Source: Sulfolobaceae archaeon
GTDB taxonomy: Archaea > Thermoproteota > Thermoprotei_A > Sulfolobales > Sulfolobaceae
Direction of reading: 5' to 3'
Length of the DNA: 64,000 nt
Assembly: GCA_039793765.1 (NCBI GenBank)
Contig: JBAMMP010000015.1
Location: 2,300 to 66,299 of the forward strand
The translations under genes were made by a program, and so were the position numbers. The notes beneath the pieces were generated by a model, which saw only the letters and a program-made list of their open reading frames with translations, was not told where the DNA came from and did no database searches. This document shows, in pieces, positions 58,571 through 64,000 of this stretch; within the stretch, counting starts at the first letter, position 1, and every line of letters begins with the position of its first letter.

Positions 58571-58702
58571 GGGCCCGTAGCTCAGCCAGGTAGAGTGCTG
58601 GGCTCCAGACGTGAGCGACATTGGGTCAGTCGACCCGTAAGGGGATGACGTAGGTCTGGAGGAGTGACCCAGTGGTCGCGGGTTCGAGTCCCGCCGGGCC
58701 CA
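58571..58702 (+). tRNA. tRNA-Trp (anticodon CCA) with a 58-nt intron after position 37; CCA not encoded
   Basis: Hand-folded. The acceptor stem pairs GGGCCCG with CGGGCCC. The anticodon stem pairs CUGGG (58598-58602) with CCCAG (58668-58672). The loop is CU-CCA-G, then the intron, then A. The T arm is GCGGG-UUCGAGU-CCCGC and the discriminator is A. Confidence 0.9.
58609..58666 (+). ncRNA. tRNA-Trp intron with C/D-box-guide-like organisation
   Basis: GUGAGCG (degenerate C), 12 nt, UCGA (D'), 9 nt, GGAUGAC (C'), 14 nt, GUGA (D). Each guide is complementary to one part of the tRNA, the anticodon loop or the 3' strand of the anticodon stem. The intron boundary can shift by 1 nt because an A is repeated. 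Confidence 0.5.
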
Positions 58703-58802
58703 TTATTTCTTACTGTTTATCGTGACCACTCGTTAACTGCAGGACGCACCTGCTTGAGCACAGTATTCCTTAGACCCTCTAGCCACTTCGTTATCGCTTT
58801 CC

Positions 58803-58851
58803 TCAGCGTTTGCACCTCTCGTCATAGATCGGAAGCCTAGAAGCTCATCAC
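58803..58851 (-). ncRNA. C/D box sRNA candidate (overlaps the stop codon and 3' UTR of the GNAT gene)
   Basis: Minus strand reads GUGAUGA (58851..58845), gcuucuaggcuu (12), CCGA (D'), ucu, AUGACGA (C'), gaggugcaaacg (12), CUGA (58806..58803). This is the exact 7-12-4-3-7-12-4 architecture. Confidence 0.6.
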
Positions 58852-59285
58852 TCGCTAACACGTAATATTGCAATTACTTCGTCCTCTTCAATCCTTATGT
58901 CGAACCCGAGTTTCCGCCCTATTCTTATCATGGGTATGTTGTCTGGCAGGGTAAAGAACTTGAACGTATTCATTCCCAGGACTTTCCCTATCTCTATCAA
59001 GTGCTTAACCAGGTTAGTTCCAATTCCTCTGTTCCTGAACTGAGGGTGAACCACTACCGCTATTTCCCCGTCGCCGAACAGCGAGGCCTCGCCCACTATT
59101 TGGCCGCCTATTTCCGCGACTATTGTCACGTGGTTCTTGTCGTTTACTAGGAACGCAACGTCCTCCGGCGTGACCTCGTGAAACGACATGAACCTGTAGA
59201 ATATGTCGTCAGGGGAAAGGGACTTGTAGAGATTCAGCAACCCGTCGAAGTCCTCTTTTCTGACGAGCCTATACAATACCTTCAA
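58848..59285 (-). CDS. GNAT acetyltransferase
   Basis: 145 aa. Acetyl-CoA motif [15 protein letters not shown]. Confidence 0.85.
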   Translation of the reverse strand: MKVLYRLVRKEDFDGLLNLYKSLSPDDIFYRFMSFHEVTPEDVAFLVNDKNHVTIVAEIGGQIVGEASLFGDGEIAVVVHPQFRNRGIGTNLVKHLIEIGKVLGMNTFKFFTLPDNIPMIRIGRKLGFDIRIEEDEVIAILRVSE

Positions 59286-59342
59286 AGCTACATTCTGTTC
59301 TCTTTACGGCTTTTATTTCCCTTCTATTCAGGAAGTAACCGT

Positions 59343-60491
59343 ATGGAAATCAGAAAAATGGCTGTAGTTGGAGCGGGAACCATGGGCCACGGAATAGCTG
59401 AAGTGGCCGCCCTAACGGGATTAGAGGTCTACTTAATAGACGTCTCCTGGGACTTCCTGAACAGAGCAAAGGAGAAGATTCAGGAGTCCCTCAACAAGCT
59501 AGCAGAGAAGAAGGTTATACAGGACCCGCAAGCCGTAATGAACAGGATAACGTTTTCAGTGGACTACTCTGTGGTTAAGGACGCGGACTTCGCGATAGAG
59601 GCAGTTCCAGAGAAGTTTGAGATCAAGAAGAACGTATTTCAGTCACTCGACAAGGTGTTACCTCCACACGCAATAATAGCGACGAACACCTCCTCAATTC
59701 CTATCACTGACTTAGCCGAAACCACGAGCAGGAAGGAAAAGTTCGTCGGGATGCACTTCTTCAACCCGCCGGTGATAATGAAACTCGTAGAGGTTATCCC
59801 AGGTAAGTACACTTCCCCAGAGACGGTCGAAACCACTGTCCAACTAGCGAAGAAGATGGGCAAGGTTCCCGTGAGGCTGTCAAAGGACATACCGGGCTTC
59901 GTGGGGAACAGGATCCTACTGAGGTTAGCGCAGGAGGCCTGTAGGGAAGTGGAGAGCGGTGAGGCCACGATCGAAGAGGTAGACTCAGCGGCAAGGAACT
60001 TACTGAAGCTCCCGATGGGGGTCTTCGAGCTATCCGACTACATAGGCCTGGACGTTATGTACGACCTCTGGACCGTAATAGTGAGCAGGGGCACAAGCGA
60101 CGTGCCGTGTAAGCTCTATAAGTCCAAGGTTGACTCGAAGGAATTGGGAGTGAAGAGCGGAAAGGGCTTTTACTCCTATCCAGCTCCAGGCAAGTTCGCC
60201 AAACCTCAAGTCCCGCAGAATACTAAAGTTGACCCCGCGAGGCTGATTTCACTCGCTGTGAACGAAGCCGCCTGGCTGATCGAGAACGGCATTGTAAATG
60301 CTGACGGCGTAGATGATGTCATGATTTACGGCTACAACTTCCCCAAGGGCTTAACCAAAATGGCCGAAGAGATCGGCGTGAAGAAGATTTACGACCACCT
60401 TGTAGACATTTACAACAAGGGATACCAGGCGTATAAACCGACTAAACTGTTAGAGGAGATAGCTCAAGGTAAAAAGACGTTTAGAGGATAA
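59343..60491 (+). CDS. 3-hydroxyacyl-CoA (3-hydroxybutyryl-CoA) dehydrogenase, NAD-binding
   Basis: I place the start at the ATG at 59343 ([22 protein letters not shown]). Contains the 3HCDH N-terminal domain plus a duplicated C-terminal domain. The track ORF from 59178 is an antisense extension into the GNAT gene. Confidence 0.88.
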   Translation: MEIRKMAVVGAGTMGHGIAEVAALTGLEVYLIDVSWDFLNRAKEKIQESLNKLAEKKVIQDPQAVMNRITFSVDYSVVKDADFAIEAVPEKFEIKKNVFQSLDKVLPPHAIIATNTSSIPITDLAETTSRKEKFVGMHFFNPPVIMKLVEVIPGKYTSPETVETTVQLAKKMGKVPVRLSKDIPGFVGNRILLRLAQEACREVESGEATIEEVDSAARNLLKLPMGVFELSDYIGLDVMYDLWTVIVSRGTSDVPCKLYKSKVDSKELGVKSGKGFYSYPAPGKFAKPQVPQNTKVDPARLISLAVNEAAWLIENGIVNADGVDDVMIYGYNFPKGLTKMAEEIGVKKIYDHLVDIYNKGYQAYKPTKLLEEIAQGKKTFRG

Positions 60492-60503
60492 AAAGGAATT
60501 TCT

Positions 60504-61928
60504 TCATTTCTTTTTCCTCTGGTCTAGGAACACCTGGAGCTTGTACCCAGTCCACACCGCTTGGCCAGGCTTTATCCACTCTATGTCGATATCGTCGGGA
60601 TTAAGACCCAAGTTCGAGGCAATGATCTCCCTGGCTTTTTTGTCATACTCGCTGTCTACTGTGTGCCTCTTCGTCTCAATCTTGATCTTCAGCTTGTCCA
60701 TTTCGTTATCATAGACAATAACGTTGTACATGCCCGTGGTGTCCGGAACGTCGTTCACGGCGTCCTCCACGTAGATCGGGAAGAGCAGTTTGCCCTTAAC
60801 TGAGAACATCCACTCTACCCTTCCAGGAATAGGCTCAGCGAACCTCATGTGCGTTATGCCGAACTTAGGGTCTGGATCCGTGATGAACTCGTTCTTGACG
60901 TAGTCGCCTAGGCTGTACCTGATGAGTGGCATGGTGAAGTGGTTGAGCAGAGTCGCTATCAGCTCTCCCCTCTCTCCCTCACTCGCGGGTTCGTCAGTCT
61001 TGGGGTCAACGATATCGAAGATCTCCATGTCCTCCCAAACTACCAGCTGACCCTCCTGGCCTGGGATCTCGATGGCCATGTGGCCGTCAGTCGTACCCCA
61101 AACGTTTATAGCGAGCTCGGCGTTGGGGTGGACTTCGAACAGCTTCTTCTTCGTCTTCTCGGCCGCCGCACCTCCGTGCAAGAGCAGCACTTTGAACGGG
61201 GTCTCCCATCCCTGTTCCTTGGCTTCCTCTCCGATCAGCCTGTGCAACCACGGGGTGGTCGCGAAGACGTCGACCTTCCAGAGCTTGAAGATGAGCATGT
61301 GCCTGTTCTTCCAGGAGAAGAAGGTCTCTCCTCCGCCGGCTATCGCTGTGGCACCGCACCTCCACATGGCGGTCTCGACTACGGGAGGTCCCCAGCTGTA
61401 GAAGCCACTCATGTTTAGGTAGTTAGCGTAAACCCTTCCTGGCTTCACGCCTGCGAAAGTCCACAAGTACCTGGCCTGGCCCTCCTGGAAGTAGTCCAGC
61501 TCCAGGGCTCCCCATCCCTGGAACGTAGGGAGGCCAGTAGACCCAGAAGTGGCCCCCACGAACCTTATCCTCTTCGCGAGCTCGGGCTCGAATATTGTTC
61601 CGAAGGGCGGGTTGGCGGAAAGGTCCTTCCTCAGCTCGTCCTTGCGCAGTATTGGAATCTTCACGATGTCTTTCCAGTCCTTTATCATGTCGGGTTCGAA
61701 GCCTTTGGACTTCCAGTACTTCCTGTAGAACTCTACGTGATCCCAAGCCCACTTAACGATCCTCTTCAGCCTGAAGGTCTTCAGCTTGTCCAGCTCCTCC
61801 CTTTTCATCGTCATTACTTTCTTGTTCCATAGAACCTCGTCGGCGGAGGGCGGGTAGTCAGGCCTTATGAACCCCTCTCTCCTGAGCTCTTGATGGATGG
61901 CCTGGTATTCTTGGAGGACGGAACTCAT
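60504..61928 (-). CDS. Phenylacetate-CoA ligase-like adenylate-forming enzyme (PaaK / F390 synthetase family)
   Basis: 474 aa. Contains the [14 protein letters not shown]-binding loop. Length and layout fit the PaaK family rather than long ACS-type ligases. Confidence 0.8.
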   Translation of the reverse strand: MSSVLQEYQAIHQELRREGFIRPDYPPSADEVLWNKKVMTMKREELDKLKTFRLKRIVKWAWDHVEFYRKYWKSKGFEPDMIKDWKDIVKIPILRKDELRKDLSANPPFGTIFEPELAKRIRFVGATSGSTGLPTFQGWGALELDYFQEGQARYLWTFAGVKPGRVYANYLNMSGFYSWGPPVVETAMWRCGATAIAGGGETFFSWKNRHMLIFKLWKVDVFATTPWLHRLIGEEAKEQGWETPFKVLLLHGGAAAEKTKKKLFEVHPNAELAINVWGTTDGHMAIEIPGQEGQLVVWEDMEIFDIVDPKTDEPASEGERGELIATLLNHFTMPLIRYSLGDYVKNEFITDPDPKFGITHMRFAEPIPGRVEWMFSVKGKLLFPIYVEDAVNDVPDTTGMYNVIVYDNEMDKLKIKIETKRHTVDSEYDKKAREIIASNLGLNPDDIDIEWIKPGQAVWTGYKLQVFLDQRKKK

Positions 61929-61986
61929 CGAGTATAAACAACATAAAGTGGTTTAAAAGTAAAAATAGGGGTTAAACAACTAAATT

Positions 61987-63513
61987 TCAACTTTTGCTCG
62001 ACTTGAACACGGCGTTGGCCAACTTCTCCGATTCTGTCCCCTTCCACGGCTCCGCTTCTTTCCTCCACACGAGCTTGTTCTTCATCCCAGATAACCTCTT
62101 CGCGACTTCTTCGGCGTAGCTGAAGTCGTACACCCTGTTGAACGTTATCCTCTGGGCTGCCGGGCTACCCGCACCGTGAATCGACTCGATCTGGAACGCC
62201 ACTCCTAGGCCGACGTTCTCTATTAACCTCGTCATCCTCAGCCTGTCCTCAGCCGTATATTCGGTCATGCCCTGGAAGTACTTCTCTATGTAGGGCCTCA
62301 GCTTGGGGTTCTTCAAGTCCCACTCGCTCGGTGCTGTACCAACCGCGCCGCCCGCTATGTCGATGGCCAGCTGGTTGAGCAAAGCAGGTAACCGTGCCAC
62401 CCAGTGCTTCGTTATGTTAGCCTCTAACGGGTTGACCCAATAGCAGTCGTCGCAGAGCTTGACGGCGTTCAAGCTAGCAGCTATCCCAGACGCGTACATC
62501 GTCTCCGTGTAGAACACCATCTCAGTTAGCTTCTCCTGGACGTGGGGGGCCTTCTCTATGCCCAATTGCTTAGCAAGGTTGTACGAAGCACCGATCAAGA
62601 TGTCGCCGAGGCCAGCCTTACACCCGCCGTAACCCTGCCTGTGGTAAGCCGAGAATATCTCCACGATAGGAACAACGTATTTTGTGTCCTTGAGCAGGAA
62701 CACCCTCTCCTTCGGAACGAACACGTTGTCGAATATGATCAACCCCTCGTGGTTGTATGCGTAAGGTACTCCGTCGATGTCTCCTCCTTCGTACCTCCTC
62801 GCGTCGTTGACCTGCCTCCCTACGACAATCTTAACGTTAGGGCTGTCGGTGGGTAAGGCGAAAGCGACGGCGTAATCGGCGTCTTCTGGCCCCATAGCCC
62901 TCGTCGGTAATACAATCATCTCCTCTGTCGCGGCTACACCCGTTATGTTCGCCTTAGCCCCACTAACGTAAATCCCTTCGGGCGTTACCTCCGTTACCCT
63001 TACGTAAGCGTCCTTGTTAGGCTGTTGGCTGGGCTTCAAAGACCTTACGCCCTTAGCGTCGGTCATCGCTCCCGCTAAGGCCAAGTCGTTCCTCTGGACG
63101 TACTTGAGGTACTCCATGAACCTGTTGTAATACTCGACCTTACCGTCGGCCTTCATCATCTTAGTGACTATGTACAGAGTGTTCAGGGCGTCCCAGCCAA
63201 CACACCTCTGGAAACAGGCACCGGTTTTGTGGGTCAGCTTCCTAAGCAGTTTGACTTTCGCAGCTAGATCCTCAGGGGACTGATGAATGTGAACGAACCT
63301 GTTAACTTCCTCGTTTATGAAGGGGCTCTTCACCCTAGCCAATTCCTTCGTGTCGTCCTCCCAAGCAGCGTCATAAGTGGCCTTAAAGGCGGCCACGCTA
63401 GGCTTGAGGAACGGATCTGTAGTTACGTCTTTTACCTCCTTGCCCATTACGAAAATCTCCACGTGCTTCCTGCTCGAAATGGCCTTGAGGTACTCTTCTC
63501 CCGTTCTTAACAT
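61987..63513 (-). CDS. 4-hydroxybutyryl-CoA dehydratase (AbfD/HpaB-fold family)
   Basis: 508 aa. CFQRC (CX3C) and HRQGYGGC (H-x6-C) match the [4Fe-4S] ligand pattern of 4-hydroxybutyryl-CoA dehydratases. TATA-like ttatattc lies about 30 nt upstream. Confidence 0.85.
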   Translation of the reverse strand: MLRTGEEYLKAISSRKHVEIFVMGKEVKDVTTDPFLKPSVAAFKATYDAAWEDDTKELARVKSPFINEEVNRFVHIHQSPEDLAAKVKLLRKLTHKTGACFQRCVGWDALNTLYIVTKMMKADGKVEYYNRFMEYLKYVQRNDLALAGAMTDAKGVRSLKPSQQPNKDAYVRVTEVTPEGIYVSGAKANITGVAATEEMIVLPTRAMGPEDADYAVAFALPTDSPNVKIVVGRQVNDARRYEGGDIDGVPYAYNHEGLIIFDNVFVPKERVFLLKDTKYVVPIVEIFSAYHRQGYGGCKAGLGDILIGASYNLAKQLGIEKAPHVQEKLTEMVFYTETMYASGIAASLNAVKLCDDCYWVNPLEANITKHWVARLPALLNQLAIDIAGGAVGTAPSEWDLKNPKLRPYIEKYFQGMTEYTAEDRLRMTRLIENVGLGVAFQIESIHGAGSPAAQRITFNRVYDFSYAEEVAKRLSGMKNKLVWRKEAEPWKGTESEKLANAVFKSSKS

Positions 63514-63717
63514 TGGTGATCACGATACAAACAGGTTTAGAGAATATAAGCGTCCCTACTATTCATCCCTAGTTTACGTCCAACCAACCGACGGGTGTAG
63601 AAGGTACTAAATTAGGAAGGCTTAACGCGATTTAACCTACAATTCTGCAACCTGAAATTTTGAGAAAATATTCAAAATAAAATGAAACTTAAACCTTAAC
63701 TGAGCCAATTATTGCCT

Positions 63718-63912
63718 TTACTTCTTGGACTGCTTCGCCAACATGTCCAGGAGCTCTTTGGGGGCGTCCTTCTCGCTGACGGCGCCCCTGCCAGTCTTGC
63801 CGTTGTCGTCGTAGGTGAAGCTAATCATTTTGCCGACTCTCCAGACCTTCTTGATCTTTGACGTGTCTACTTCCTTCTCTTGTCCCTTGTACTTGAACTT
63901 TACCTTCGCCAT
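63718..63912 (-). CDS. Sso7d/Sac7d-family chromatin protein (7-kDa DNA-binding protein)
   Basis: From the ATG at 63912 the product is [64 protein letters not shown], nearly identical in pattern to Sso7d. The track start at 63930 adds 6 residues that are unlikely to be real. Confidence 0.95.
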   Translation of the reverse strand: MAKVKFKYKGQEKEVDTSKIKKVWRVGKMISFTYDDNGKTGRGAVSEKDAPKELLDMLAKQSKK

Positions 63913-64000
63913 GTTTGGTCGGTTTATCACTCGACTACCCCTTAAATAAGCCTTACGGTATTAACTTAAGGAATACTAATGGTAATACCTCAAACAGTTA

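Noticed and set aside
59178-59342. N-terminal extension of the 3-hydroxyacyl-CoA dehydrogenase ORF.
   Set aside because: It overlaps the GNAT gene in antisense. The Rossmann motif follows directly after the ATG at 59343/59358.
1-64000. Search for CRISPR arrays, IS elements, transposases, integrases, rRNA operons and long direct repeats.
   Set aside because: None were seen by eye. The only repeated motifs are the short low-complexity 12-mers shared by the micro-ORF and the rps13 tail, and the common box architecture of the two C/D candidates.

Overview
The window looks like conserved core chromosome from a thermoacidophilic crenarchaeon of the order Sulfolobales. Supporting markers are an Sso7d/Sac7d chromatin protein, a DoxBCE-type quinol oxidase, a family-B DNA polymerase next to archaeal DnaG, bifunctional PGI/PMI, AglH, type-2 IDI with GGPP synthase, and 4-hydroxybutyryl-CoA dehydratase. 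Packing is dense, with about 75 protein genes, many 4-nt ATGA overlaps, and TATA-like boxes roughly 25-30 nt upstream of start codons.

Protein-coding content:
- The S13-S4-S11-RpoD-L18e-L13-S9-RpoN-S2 ribosomal/RNA polymerase cluster.
- CysRS, TyrRS and LysRS.
- Central metabolism: GDH, fumarase, TIM, a KDG-type aldolase and glycerate 2-kinase.
- Molybdenum cofactor genes mobB, moeA and mobA.
- Two DtxR-family metal regulators.

RNA genes I can support:
- SRP (7S) RNA.
- tRNA-Ser(GCU).
- An intron-containing tRNA-Trp(CCA).
- Two canonical-looking C/D box sRNAs.
- One H/ACA-like hairpin.

I saw no CRISPR array, transposase, integrase or rRNA gene.

Observations most worth follow-up:
1. A TATA, H/ACA and C/D sRNA cassette stacked in the leader of the udg gene.
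2. An OLD/ABC-type ATPase with a degenerate Toprim-like tail, translationally coupled to a small 2-TM protein.
3. A tight operon of a nucleotidyltransferase, an unknown protein and a radical SAM enzyme.
4. An uncharacterised 230-aa gene wedged inside the isoprenoid operon.
5. A tRNA-Trp intron with C/D-guide geometry aimed at positions 34 and 39.
6. Two small genes missed by the ORF track: an AbrB-type antitoxin-like gene and a 19-aa K/Q-rich micro-ORF.

All functional calls come from motif recognition by eye. No database search was run.
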